Origin: an uncultured Phycisphaerales bacterium
Lineage (GTDB): Bacteria > Planctomycetota > Phycisphaerae > Tepidisphaerales > Tepidisphaeraceae
Assembly: GCA_963844715.1 (NCBI GenBank)
Contig: CAWJPJ010000008.1
Location: forward strand, 576,001-640,000
Length of the DNA: 64,000 nt
Direction of reading: 5' to 3'
The notes under the pieces were generated by a model. That model did no database searches, was not told the DNA's origin, and saw nothing but the letters and a program-made list of their open reading frames with translations. This document shows positions 19,799 through 30,022 of this stretch, in pieces. Position 1 is the stretch's first letter. Each line of letters begins with the position of its first letter. The position numbers were made by a program, and so were the translations under genes.

Positions 19799-21003
19799 AC
19801 CAGCGTCCGGGGACGCAAGGTCCGGTCGAGTGTGGGCGTGAGCAGGCTGACCAGCAGCAGGGCGATGTACGGAGCGACCGAGGCGAACACATACAATTGA
19901 AGGATCGCGGAAAGCGCGCCCAGCCCGATGGCGAAGATGGAACGGCCGCGGCGCGTGATCGGGCGCTGACCGGCGGTGTTGGCCAGGAAGAAGATCGTCA
20001 ACAGGAGCGGCGAGGAGAGGAGGGCATAGTTCATGAAGGTGATGGCGACCGGCAAGCCGAGATAATGGGGGCGAAAGGCCAGCCAGTGGAATTCCGTGCC
20101 GGTAGTGGTGATGACCACGGGGATGGGCAGGACCAGGAAGCAAAAGATGGCGGCGGCGAGGGAGAGGATGATGAGGCGAAAGTCGATCAAGCCGCGATAG
20201 AGGAGGAAAAGACCGCCCACGATCAGGGCGATGGCGCTGCCGCAGCCGATGGATGCGCATTGGCCGCCGATGATCAGGTCTTCAAGCGGGGGCATCTGGT
20301 CGCGGATGAGCATTTGCAGCGTGATGGACGAGCGATCGGGGCGCAGTTGCGCGGAGGTATAGGCGAGCAATTTTTCCGACGCGGGGACCATCTGGAGGGC
20401 GTCGACATCGGGGCCGCCGGCGCCGCGGGAAACGACGATCCAGGCGCCTTTTTCGGTGACCGATTCGGCGGGGGCGGATTTCAAGAGATCGCCCCAGACC
20501 ATGCGGTCGATGCGCAAAACGCCGCGCGGGGAAAGGGCGTCGTGGAAGAGGACGAACAAGATAAGAAGGGTCACGACGGCGGGTTGAATGCGCTGGGTTC
20601 CCATTCCGCCCAGGAGCCAGATGAGCATGGCCAGGAGCATTCCCGCGGCCGGGAGGATGGGCCAGACGATGCGGCCGTCGATGGGGCCAAGCGTGAAAAG
20701 TTGAGCTGGCAGCATGAGGGCGAGAACGAGGGCCATCCAGAGGCAGTGCCAGAGGTTCATCTGCCTGCCGCGCCACCCGATTCTGCGCCAAATCGCGCCG
20801 GCGGCGAGGGAGCTGAGGACGATCGCGGCGGTGGTGCCGATGGCGCGCCAGCCGAAGAGGAAGAACCCGGCCGTGAGAGGAAAGAGCGTGGCCAGGATTT
20901 CGAGGGAGACGAGGGTGCCGACTTCGATCCCGCTGTGGAGTGGAGTGAGGATGGCAGGAATTTCGGGCGCGGCGACGGGAGGCGATGTTTCCAGTTGCGG
21001 CAT
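19795..21003 (-). CDS. rnfD: RnfD/NqrB-family membrane subunit (divergent)
   Basis: LALMLP, LLGGMG..IQPA, GQCASIGCGSAIALIVGGLFLLYRGLID, PITRRGR.IF and YIALLLVSLLTPTLD, all matching RnfD architecture. Confidence 0.75.
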   Translation of the reverse strand: MPQLETSPPVAAPEIPAILTPLHSGIEVGTLVSLEILATLFPLTAGFFLFGWRAIGTTAAIVLSSLAAGAIWRRIGWRGRQMNLWHCLWMALVLALMLPAQLFTLGPIDGRIVWPILPAAGMLLAMLIWLLGGMGTQRIQPAVVTLLILFVLFHDALSPRGVLRIDRMVWGDLLKSAPAESVTEKGAWIVVSRGAGGPDVDALQMVPASEKLLAYTSAQLRPDRSSITLQMLIRDQMPPLEDLIIGGQCASIGCGSAIALIVGGLFLLYRGLIDFRLIILSLAAAIFCFLVLPIPVVITTTGTEFHWLAFRPHYLGLPVAITFMNYALLSSPLLLTIFFLANTAGQRPITRRGRSIFAIGLGALSAILQLYVFASVAPYIALLLVSLLTPTLDRTLRPRTLV

Positions 21004-21029
21004 GAAGGGGGTATTAAACCGGTAGGGGA

Positions 21030-21114
21030 GAATAGTTGCCAGTTGCGAGTTGCCAGTTGCCAGCGAAGACGGGCTTTCCACTGGCAACTGGCAACTCGCA
21101 ACTGGCAACTATTC
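21030..21114. repeat. Heptamer-armed palindrome, family B
   Basis: AATAGTTGC(CAGTTGC)n...(GCAACTG)nGCAACTATT; related copies at 45775 and 52763. Confidence 0.75.
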
Positions 21115-21115
21115 T

Positions 21116-22405
21116 TTATCTTCGTCCTTCCAAATCGGCGTCCAGGGTTCGCCACCATCTTGCGGCATCCAGCAGGGGGAGTCTGGAGGGGCAGACGTGG
21201 GAGCAGAGGCCGCATTCGATGCAGGCGTGGAGGCCGGCGGAATCGGCCATAGCGTGATCGCCGCGTTGGACGGCTTCGAGAATTCCGGCGGGTTGGACGC
21301 GCGTTGGGCAGGCTTCGAGACACCACCCGCAGCGCACGCAGGGTTGGGGGCTGCGGACGATTTCCGGCGGGCTGACGTGGAGGGTGAGTTCACCGCAGGC
21401 GAGGACGGTGTCGGGGGTGAGGCGGATGTCGCGGAGAAGCTCCCCGCCGCGAAGGGTGACGCCGTCGGCGGGGATTTGCAGCGCGGCCAGAAGATCGCGG
21501 ATGCGCGTGCCGACGGGGACGTTTACGAAATGTTTTTGATGGCGGAGGTGATCGTTTACGGCGGCGGGCGTGAAGAGGGCGGGGCGGCCGTCGAGCAGGT
21601 CGCCCACGGCCAGGGCTGCCGCGGCGTCGAGAAGGATGACGCCCTGCGTGGCGGGGGACATACCGGGGCGCAGGCGGTCGCCGGTGAGGGTGTATTGTAT
21701 GAGCGTGGGATCGGATTGGGGATAATCGTTGGCCAGTTCGATGATCTCCATGTCGGCCTTGAAGGCGGCGCTGCGGAGGGGGTCGATCCATGGGGGAGTG
21801 GCTTCGGTTTCGACGACCAACTGGGCCTGCTCGGCGCCGGTCGCCTGCCGGAGGAGTTCGATGGCGCGGATCATCAGCGGGGCCTTTGTGGCGGCGATGA
21901 GGGCGCACAGCCGCAGGCCGGGGTCGGAATCGAGAATGGTGCAAATGACCCGGCGGGATCCAATGCGCACGGCCAGATTCAGCTGGGCGAGCAGATCGGG
22001 GCTGGCGGTGCGATCGGCGCCGACGCCGGCGCGGCGCAGGCGGTCGATCAATCCGACCAGATTTATTTCCTCCTGGGGATGCGGTATTGGCGGATGGTTT
22101 TTCTGATTGGGACTGGCGGCGAATTCCAGGGCCGGGACGGTTCGGCCGGTGGTGAGCCGCGCTTTGCGCAATGGGCCGAGGATGCCGTCCAATGGCGCAA
22201 GAGGGATATGGGAAAGCTCATCGTCCTGGCGGACAATTTTTTCGCCGGCTGAGACGCGGGTTCCCGCGGGCAGCGGCTCGGCGGCGCCCCCGCCCCGGTG
22301 CGACAGCGGAATCAGCAACTGATCGGGGCGGACGGATCGAACGGCCGGCAAATTTTCCGGCCAGAGGGGCGAGAATCTCGCCTGCGAAGATGTGGGGGTC
22401 TCCAT
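21116..22405 (-). CDS. rnfC: RnfC-like protein with two 4Fe-4S motifs (divergent)
   Basis: RnfC N-terminal barrel-sandwich (GTRVSAGEKI...APLDG), DYPQS, VPVGT SLBB region, CVRCGWCLEACP and CIECGLCSHVCPSRLPL. Confidence 0.75.
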   Translation of the reverse strand: METPTSSQARFSPLWPENLPAVRSVRPDQLLIPLSHRGGGAAEPLPAGTRVSAGEKIVRQDDELSHIPLAPLDGILGPLRKARLTTGRTVPALEFAASPNQKNHPPIPHPQEEINLVGLIDRLRRAGVGADRTASPDLLAQLNLAVRIGSRRVICTILDSDPGLRLCALIAATKAPLMIRAIELLRQATGAEQAQLVVETEATPPWIDPLRSAAFKADMEIIELANDYPQSDPTLIQYTLTGDRLRPGMSPATQGVILLDAAAALAVGDLLDGRPALFTPAAVNDHLRHQKHFVNVPVGTRIRDLLAALQIPADGVTLRGGELLRDIRLTPDTVLACGELTLHVSPPEIVRSPQPCVRCGWCLEACPTRVQPAGILEAVQRGDHAMADSAGLHACIECGLCSHVCPSRLPLLDAARWWRTLDADLEGRR

Positions 22406-22614
22406 AACCGAGATGCGGTCTATTCTTGTCAAGACGCTGACGCGAAGCAAATAGTGGCTTGCAAATAATCCAATAAACTACGGCTTACCTGCGAAAAGAC
22501 ACGTAGTAGAATTTTGCGACGCGAATTTTTTCAGTTGTCCGCGGGGACATTAAGGCGTAAACTTTTTGCGACTGACCGCACGTTACCGGGTAGCCGGCGC
22601 CATAGGCAATAATC

Positions 22615-23331
22615 TTGAATTTCAAACTTTCCTATTTTCAGGACTGTGTCCTGGCTTGTTTAGTTTTATTGCTGGCCGGCGGCGCGGCGAAGGCTCAGCT
22701 GCTGACGCCGTGGCCGGATTATGACGCCAATGCGCGCGATCTCAGCACGATTCTCGGCAACGAATTGAACAACTCCTACGCGATGAATTCATTTTTCGCG
22801 GTGACTGACGATGGCGATAGCGCAAAATTTTCCCCGGGTGAGGATTTCAATTTCCCGGCGGCTTCGGCGAGCTCGGCGGGGATCGCGGCCGGCGCGGTCG
22901 ATCCGGGTTCGCCCGGGGCAGCGGCGCCCGAGGCGCAGCAAATGGTTCAGGGCGTGGTCAATCCGGGGGAGGATTCATTGCCGACGATGGATACGTTGCG
23001 TTCGCTGGTGAGCGGCGTGTTCAGCGACTACCAGCCGGCGGCGTTCAGCCTGTCGGATGGGGATGGATCGCTGGAAGGCGTGGACGGGGGGACTGGCGCG
23101 GACGATTCGGCGGGGCCGCTGTCGGATGTGAATGCGATGGCGGCGGTTACCCCGGCGCTTTCGCAGGCGAGCGATTTAAATCTTGGGAAACTGCCGGCGT
23201 TTTGCGCGGCGGTTATCGGAGCGAGCGCGGCGGTGGGAGTGGTCGCGCTGCGCCGTCGGCGTTCGACGCGCAAAAAAAATCGCCCCTCACCCGTCCTGCG
23301 GAAACTAGCGGAGGACATAGGGAGAGGCTGA
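22615..23331 (+). CDS. Secreted acidic protein with C-terminal TM anchor and Arg-rich tail
   Basis: Signal peptide (VLLLAGGAAKA-Q), D/A/G-rich body, then KLPAFCAAVIGASAAVGVVALRRRR. Confidence 0.55.
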   Translation: MNFKLSYFQDCVLACLVLLLAGGAAKAQLLTPWPDYDANARDLSTILGNELNNSYAMNSFFAVTDDGDSAKFSPGEDFNFPAASASSAGIAAGAVDPGSPGAAAPEAQQMVQGVVNPGEDSLPTMDTLRSLVSGVFSDYQPAAFSLSDGDGSLEGVDGGTGADDSAGPLSDVNAMAAVTPALSQASDLNLGKLPAFCAAVIGASAAVGVVALRRRRSTRKKNRPSPVLRKLAEDIGRG

Positions 23332-23335
23332 GATG

Positions 23336-24170
23336 TCACGCGCCGGCGAGGGGGATGCGATTTTTTCGGCACAGATTTTTGAGGGCATCGGCGGCTTCTT
23401 TGAAGAGTTCGGGGCCGGTGGTGCCGTCGAATTGGCCTGCGGTTTTTAGATGGGGTTCGAGGCTTAGGAAACCTGAATAACCTGCGCGGTGAAGGTCGAC
23501 CAGGATCGGCTCGAGTTGGCCGTCGCCTTTGCCGGCGGGGACGACTTTGCCGGTGGCCAGAATGGCGTCCTTGATATGAATGTGGATGGTGTATGGTTTC
23601 AGGGCCGGCCAGACATCCAAAGGCCGCTCTTGCTCCTGTATGAAATTGGCGAAGTCGAAGGCCATGCGAAATTGGGGGGAGTTTAACGTCGCCAGAAGAT
23701 CGAGGCATTCCTTGCCTTTGGCGCCATAGATTTCTTTTTCGTTTTCGTGGACGAGTGTCACCGGGCGATTTTTTACGTAATCCAGCTTGGCGCGCATGCG
23801 GCACAGGACTTCGTCGCGATTTGGGGCCATGCTCTGGCCTTTTTCGGGCGGGTAATAGCTGAAAATGCGGATGAGGGGGGCGGAGAAATATTCGGCTAAT
23901 CGGACCGCGATTTTGAAGCGCTCGAAATGGGGTTCCCAGGGTTCGGTGATTTTTACTTTGCCTATGGGGGAGGCGATGCATAACACGTCGATGCCGGATT
24001 TTTTTTAGCGTGGATTTAATTTTTTGGCATTCGTTTTCGGTGAGATCCAGGACGTTTTTTCCCCATACGCCGCGGAGTTCCAGGTGGGTGACGGCGCAAT
24101 CCTTCAACGAGGCGATCTGTTGGTCGAGGTCTGGGGAGATTTCATCGGCGAAGGCGCTTAATCGCATCAT
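23336..24170 (-). CDS. Sugar phosphate isomerase/epimerase (AP-endonuclease-2 TIM barrel; frameshift in T-run ~24000)
   Basis: LSAFADEISPDL...SPIGK...IRIFSYY...HENE...FDFANF...HIKDA...LSLEPHL. Confidence 0.85.
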
Positions 24171-24405
24171 GTTTAAGAGAATGGTCCATGAGATGTATCC
24201 AGTCAAGACTAGCGAGAAGAAGAGGAGGTAGGTCGGGTGGGACATTCGTGCCGAGGAGACGCGTGGGCTCGTATATGAGGGCGCGTCGTCGATTCGATCG
24301 CCGTTGGCTGGCCTGGTGGGGGAGGGGTCACCCTTTACGCGAGGGGGCGTTCGGGTGGTTTTTTCCTTTTGCGGGCGGTTCTTATAAGATCACGTGCTTT
24401 CACCC

Positions 24406-25908
24406 ATGGCGGAAGCAACTACCGGACATTACGAGCAAGAGCGGCGGCAGAAATTGGCGAAGCTGCGCGAAATGGGGGTTGATCCTTATGGGGGGCGCGT
24501 GGAGGGGCTGTTGCCGCTGGCGGAGGTGAAGGCTTCGTATAAGCCGGAGATGGGGCATGACGGGGGGCCTGCGGTTTCGGTGGCGGGGCGGATCGTGCTG
24601 AAACGCGATATGGGGAAGCTGAGCTTTATTACGTTGCGCGATGAGACGGGGGATGTTCAGGTGGGATTGGACAAGAAACGCCTGTCCGAGCGCGATTGGC
24701 AGGTGCGCGATCTGCTCGATCTGGGCGATCAGATCGTCGTGTCGGGAAAACTGGGGCAGACGAACAAGGGGGAGACGACTGTTTGGGGCGAAACGGTTTC
24801 GATTTCGTCCAAGGCGCTGCTGCCACCGCCGGCGAAGTGGGAGGGGCTGGGGGATGTGGAACTGCGGTATCGGCAGAGATACGTCGATCTGTGGGCGAAC
24901 CCCGAAGTGATGCGGCTGGCGCAGACCCGCATTCGCATTATCCAGGAAATCCGGAAATTCATGACGGCCAAGGGTTTTGTCGAAGTCGAAACGCCGATGA
25001 TGCAGAGCCTGGCCGGTGGGGCGGCGGCCAAGCCGTTCGTGACGCATCATAATGCGCTGGATATTCCGCTCTATTTGCGCATCGCACCGGAGCTTTATCT
25101 CAAGCGGCTGCTGGTGGGCGGATTCGGGAAAGTGTTCGAGCTGAACCGGAATTTCCGCAATGAGGGAATCAGCCCGCGGCATAATCCTGAGTTTACGATG
25201 CTTGAGGCGTATGAGGCATACGGCTCTTGGGAAACGATGGCGGACTTGATTGAAGAACTGATCACAACCGTTGCCCAGAATATTTTCGGCAAACTGCTCA
25301 TCGAGCACGCCAATGGACGGAAGATCAATCTGCGCGGCCCTGGCGGCGGGTACGGATGACGGAACTTGTCAAAGAAATGACTGGTTGGGAATTCACAAAA
25401 GAATCTTTGACGAGTGCGCCTTCAGCAGTTGTCGATAAAATTGGTGATATGTACGGATCCGGCGAAAGTCGCCGTAACTACCTTCACCACCTATCGGGAT
25501 TATCTCCCGCTGAGCAGCTTCAGGAAGTCTACGAAAAATTGATCGAGCCGACGCTGATCGATCCTTGTTTTGTGACGCATGTGCCGTCGGTGATTATTCC
25601 GCTGGCGCGAGAACCAGGAAGATCCGTTTTTCGCGGACGTCTACGAACTGGCCATCAACGGCGTCGAGATTTCGCCGGGGTATAGCGAGTTAAACGATCC
25701 GGACGCCCAGGCCAAGCATTTTGCGCATCAGGTTGGGATCAAGGAGGAGCAGCAGAAAGTGGATGAGGATTTTCTGAACGCTCTGAAGACCGGCATGCCG
25801 CCGGCGGGGGGATTGGGGATGGGGATCGATCGGTTGGTGATGATGCTGACGGGGGCTGAAAGCATTCGCGACGTGATTTTGTTTCCGCTTCTTAAGCCGC
25901 AGGGTTGA
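24406..25908 (+). CDS. lysS: Lysine-tRNA ligase class II (frameshifts near 25335 and 25610)
   Basis: [41 protein letters not shown] and [16 protein letters not shown]...IRDVILFP. Confidence 0.96.
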
Positions 25909-27425
25909 TGTACAAGGTCCTCCTCATCACGAAGTATCTGCGCAAGCGGCGCATTGCCTGGGTTTCTTTGATTGCGGTGATGCTCTGTACGGCGATGGTG
26001 CTCGTCGTCATCAGCGTGATGGGGGGATGGCTGCGGATGTTTCGGGAGACGAGCCATGCGCTGGTGGGGGATTTGGTGGTTTACCGGCTGTCTTTGGACG
26101 GGTTTCCGCATTATCAGGACATGATCGACAAGATCGAGGCGCTGCCGGAGGTGAAGGCGGCTTCGCCGCAGATTCATACCTATGGGCTGGTGAATATCGT
26201 CGATCAGATTCGCACCGGCGTGGAAGTTGTCGGGTACGACATCAAGACGATCGGGCAGGTGAACGGATTCGTGGACAGCCTGCATCTTCAGAAATCGGAA
26301 CTGCTGGCCAAAGCGGCGCAAGATGAAGAGGAAGCGAAGGGCGCGCTGCCGGAGGATGCGGCGCAGCTCGAGGCGAACGCGGCGGCGATGCGGCAGAAGG
26401 CGGGGGCGTTTCCGTCGTGGGACAAGCCGCTGTCGGCGGAGGCGTATCGGGATGCATTGCCGAATTCGAAGGCGGATGTGGCGAGTTGGCCGGGGATGAT
26501 CGTGGGGACGGGGGTGATCGGTTTGCGGCCGGATGATCACGGGGTCGTGCAGCGGACGGATTTTATGTACCGAGCCTGGGTGAGGCTGACGGTTTTGAAT
26601 ATTTCTCAGGGGGAAGACGTGACGGCGGATAACCGCCTGATTCGGCCTTACTGGATTGTTGATGACAGCCACACGGGAGTTTTCCAGGTGGATCAGAATA
26701 CGGTCTATGTGCCGTTCGATGTGCTGCAAAAAGATTTGAACATGGATGCGCAGAGCTATACGGACGCGACGACGGGGGAGAAGAAAGTGCAGCCGGCGCG
26801 GTGCGACGAAATTGAGATCAGCCTGAAGCCGGGGTTCGATCCGAATCTGGTGAAGCCGGAGGTTCAGAAGATCGTGGCGGACATGACCCGGCAGTACGAC
26901 GATATGACATTCAATTACGATCCGATCGTAACCGAGACGTGGGAAGAGCGGCAGGCGGATTTCCTGTCGGCGGTCGAGCATGAAAAATCGCTGCTGGTGA
27001 TTCTCTTTGCGATCATCAGTGTCGTGGCGATCTTCCTGATCTTCTGCATTTTCTTCATGATCGTGGTCGAGAAGACGCGCGACATCGGGATCATCAAGAG
27101 CGTCGGCGCGACGGGCAGCGGAGTGATGGCGATATTTCTGGGTTACGGCCTGGCGATCGGAATCGTCGGCGCCGGCGGGGGATTGCTATTGGGGTATTTG
27201 ATCATTCATAACATCAATCAGTTGCACGCCTGGATGTCGGAGCATCTGGGCGTGACGGTGTGGAACGCCAAGACGTACGTTTTCGACACGATCCCGAACA
27301 CCATGGATACGCGGGACGTCGTGGTGATCGTGTCCGTGGCGATTCTGTCGGCAGTCGCGGGGGCGCTGGTTCCGGCGATTCGCGCAGCGCGCATGAATCC
27401 GGTTGAAGCCTTGCGATGGGAATGA
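25908..27425 (+). CDS. lolE: Lipoprotein-releasing ABC permease (LolC/E family)
   Basis: VVISVMGG N-terminal TM, large periplasmic loop, FtsX domain VVEKTRDIGIIKSVGA and PAIRAARMNPVEALRWE; follows lysS. Confidence 0.82.
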   Translation: MYKVLLITKYLRKRRIAWVSLIAVMLCTAMVLVVISVMGGWLRMFRETSHALVGDLVVYRLSLDGFPHYQDMIDKIEALPEVKAASPQIHTYGLVNIVDQIRTGVEVVGYDIKTIGQVNGFVDSLHLQKSELLAKAAQDEEEAKGALPEDAAQLEANAAAMRQKAGAFPSWDKPLSAEAYRDALPNSKADVASWPGMIVGTGVIGLRPDDHGVVQRTDFMYRAWVRLTVLNISQGEDVTADNRLIRPYWIVDDSHTGVFQVDQNTVYVPFDVLQKDLNMDAQSYTDATTGEKKVQPARCDEIEISLKPGFDPNLVKPEVQKIVADMTRQYDDMTFNYDPIVTETWEERQADFLSAVEHEKSLLVILFAIISVVAIFLIFCIFFMIVVEKTRDIGIIKSVGATGSGVMAIFLGYGLAIGIVGAGGGLLLGYLIIHNINQLHAWMSEHLGVTVWNAKTYVFDTIPNTMDTRDVVVIVSVAILSAVAGALVPAIRAARMNPVEALRWE

Positions 27426-27434
27426 AGGAAGACG

Positions 27435-28127
27435 ATGGCATTGCTGACGGCATCCGGGCTTCGCAAACGATATCGCATGGGCGACAGCGATCTGGAGGTG
27501 CTGCGCCGAGTCGATCTGGCCGTGCAGGCGGGCGAGTTTTTGGCGATCGAGGGGCGCAGCGGCTCGGGGAAGAGTACTTTGCTGCATATTCTGGGGGCGC
27601 TGGAATCATTCGACGAGGGGAAGGTGTGCTACGAGGACCGCGAATTCGCGGGCCTGTCGGCGTCGCAGCGCAGCGAATTGCGAAACCGCAAATTCGGATT
27701 CGTCTTCCAGTTTTATCATTTATTGCCCGAATTGAACGTGCTGGAAAACACGCTGCTGGCGCCGATGATCGAATTTTCCTGGCTGGGATTTCGATCCAGG
27801 CGAGCGGAACTGCGAAAAAAGGCCCGGGAGCTGCTGGCGGAGCTGGGAATGGAGCAGCGGCTGCGGCATAAGCCTCACCAACTCAGCGGCGGAGAACGCC
27901 AGCGGGTCGCCATTGCCAGGGCGTTGATGAATCAGCCGAGGGTTTTGTTCGCCGACGAACCGACGGGGAACCTCGATTTTGAGACCGGGAGGCAGATCAT
28001 GGGCCTGCTGGAACGGTTGCACAAAAACTCGAATCAGACGATTATCATGGTCACGCACGACCGAACCCTGGCCCGCCAGGCGGATCGAGTCCTGGTTCTT
28101 AATAACGGAGTGATGGAAAAGGCGTAG
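27435..28127 (+). CDS. lolD: Lipoprotein-releasing ABC ATPase
   Basis: GRSGSGKST, GFVFQFYHLLPEL, LSGGERQRVAIARAL and ADEPTGNLD. Confidence 0.88.
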   Translation: MALLTASGLRKRYRMGDSDLEVLRRVDLAVQAGEFLAIEGRSGSGKSTLLHILGALESFDEGKVCYEDREFAGLSASQRSELRNRKFGFVFQFYHLLPELNVLENTLLAPMIEFSWLGFRSRRAELRKKARELLAELGMEQRLRHKPHQLSGGERQRVAIARALMNQPRVLFADEPTGNLDFETGRQIMGLLERLHKNSNQTIIMVTHDRTLARQADRVLVLNNGVMEKA

Positions 28128-28155
28128 AATGGGTTTCTACGCCGGGAGCAGTCCA

Positions 28156-29012
28156 ATGTCCCGCAAAATCTGGATCGACGGCAAACTCTACGATCAGGAG
28201 CACGCCAAGATCAGCGTGTACGATCACGGCCTGCTTTACGGCGACGGCGTTTTCGAGGGAATCCGGGTTTACCAGGGCAAGATTTTTGAAGGCGATGCCC
28301 ATCTGCATCGCCTGTTTGATTCGGCGAAGTCCATTCGGCTGACGCCGGCGTATTCGCGCGAGGAACTCAAAACGATCATGCAGGAAGTGGTCCGCGCCAA
28401 CGGGCTGACGGATTGTTACATCCGGCTGATTCTTACCCGCGGGGTGGGATATCTCGGATTGAACCCCAGTCGGTGCTCGAACCCGAGCACCATCGTGATC
28501 GCCGATACGATCGATATCTATCCCAAGGAGACGTACGAGAAGGGGATGTCGATCATCACGGCGTCGGTGATTCGCAACCATCCGAATACAATTCCGCCGC
28601 GGGTGAAGAGCCTGAATTATCTGAACAATATTCTTGCGAAGCTCGAAGCCGCGGATGCCGGCGTTCCGGAGGCGCTGATGCTGAATCATGAAGGCAATGT
28701 CGCGGAATGCTCGGCGGACAATATTTTCATCGTGCGCGGCGGGCAATTGCAGACGCCGGGGACGGCGGACGGAATCCTTGAAGGGGTGACGCGACGGGTG
28801 ATTCTCGATCTGGCGCGCAAATTGGGGATTGATTCAATCGAAAAAACACTTCAGCGATATGATTTGTATATCGCCGATGAGTGTTTCCTGACGGGCACGG
28901 CTGCCGAGGTGGTTCCGGTGACCCGGATCGACGGCAGACCGATCGCGCAGGAGCGCCAGGACCCGTTACCGGGAAACTTAAGGATGCATTTGCGCGGCAT
29001 GTGCGCGGGTGA
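28156..29012 (+). CDS. ilvE: Branched-chain amino acid aminotransferase (frameshift near 28945)
   Basis: DHGLLYGDGVFEGIR, KSLNYLNN, ILEGVTR and ADECFLTGTAAEV. Confidence 0.93.
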
Positions 29013-29061
29013 AAGGCGATCTTGGAGCAGCAAAGCGTCAATTCCATGTTACCCGCGTAAT

Positions 29062-29100
29062 TTGACACGTTTTGCCCCTACCATTACAGTTTTGCCCCTA
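29062..29100 (+). promoter_or_regulatory. Sigma70 promoter with overlapping 12-bp direct repeat
   Basis: TTGACA-N17-TACAGT; GTTTTGCCCCTA at 29069 and 29089. Confidence 0.55.
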
Positions 29101-29125
29101 ATGCTCTAGAACCATGGAGGCATTG

Positions 29126-29383
29126 ATGCAGGAATATGAGACGCTGAAGCGATTGGTCGCCGAAGCTGAAGAAGACGTGAACAAGGCCATTGGGGGCAAC
29201 AAGGCCGCCGGCACGCGTGTTCGCAAGAAGATGCAGGAAGTAAAGGCAGCCGCCCAGGAGGTTCGCAAGAAGATCCTGGAAGGGCGTCAGGCGGAACCTG
29301 GCGCAGGCCTGAGCGATTCACAAGTACTTCCGGGTGCAGGGTTTGCGGTGAATCCTGACGGCGGCGAGTCCCGGCTCGACTAA
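29126..29383 (+). CDS. Histone H1-like (Hc1-family) small basic protein
   Basis: GGAGG RBS; ...KAIGGNKAAGTRVRKKMQEVKAAAQEVRKKI signature. Confidence 0.75.
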   Translation: MQEYETLKRLVAEAEEDVNKAIGGNKAAGTRVRKKMQEVKAAAQEVRKKILEGRQAEPGAGLSDSQVLPGAGFAVNPDGGESRLD

Positions 29384-29473
29384 GCTGCCGCTCCTCAAAG
29401 GGGCGGGTTCCCTCGCGCCGGCCGAGCCGAGATTCACCCGACTGCGACACGGGTTAGTTTCGATCATCTCTCC

Positions 29474-29947
29474 ATGCCCGCGCAAATTCTTTTCGACCTC
29501 GCCGGCATCGATCTCAATCGAATTCTGTTCGATCAGGAGGTCATTCGTCAGTTCAATCCGCAGCGCGGGGACATGGAAATGCTGGACGGCATCGTCTACG
29601 CCGACGCCGAAAAACACTTAATCATGGGATACAAAGACGTTCGTGAGGATGAATTTTGGGTTCCCGGGCACATTCCGGGGCGGCCGATTTTTCCGGGTGT
29701 GCTCATGATCGAATGCGCGGCGCAACTGGCTTCGTTCTATGCGAAGAAATATGTTGGATGGACGGGGTTCATGGGGTTTGGGGGCATTGAGCAGTGCCGG
29801 TTTCGGGCCCAGGTGACGCCGCCGAGCCGGATGTACATACTCGGGGAGCGGCTGTGGCAACGGAAAAACGTCATCTGCTGCAAGCATCAGGGGGTGGTCG
29901 ACGGAAATATTGTGTTTGATATGACAATCGTCGGCGCTCGGATGTGA
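29474..29947 (+). CDS. FabA/FabZ-family hotdog dehydratase
   Basis: NPQR..M, DEFWVPGHIPGRPIFPGVLMIECAAQ and FRAQVTP. Confidence 0.85.
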   Translation: MPAQILFDLAGIDLNRILFDQEVIRQFNPQRGDMEMLDGIVYADAEKHLIMGYKDVREDEFWVPGHIPGRPIFPGVLMIECAAQLASFYAKKYVGWTGFMGFGGIEQCRFRAQVTPPSRMYILGERLWQRKNVICCKHQGVVDGNIVFDMTIVGARM

Positions 29948-29950
29948 AAA

Positions 29951-29980
29951 AAAGCGAACGGATGGCCGTCCGTTGGCTTT
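29951..29980. repeat. REP-like palindrome, family A (short form)
   Basis: AAAGCGAACGGATGGCCGTCCGTTGGCTTT. Confidence 0.55.
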
Positions 29981-30022
29981 CTGCGATTGAATCCCGCGAT
30001 ATCATTACCTCTAACAACGGGC

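Noticed and set aside
21030..21114. Short repeats as a CRISPR array
   Set aside because: Units are 7-8 bp tandem and inverted, with no 23-47 bp repeat/unique spacer structure and no cas genes.
25360..25530. Intein, intron or DGR variable region in lysS
   Set aside because: Too short and lacking intein/intron termini; no template repeat or reverse transcriptase in the window.
24406..28127. lysS-lolE-lolD linkage as novel
   Set aside because: This gene order is common in several Gram-negative phyla.
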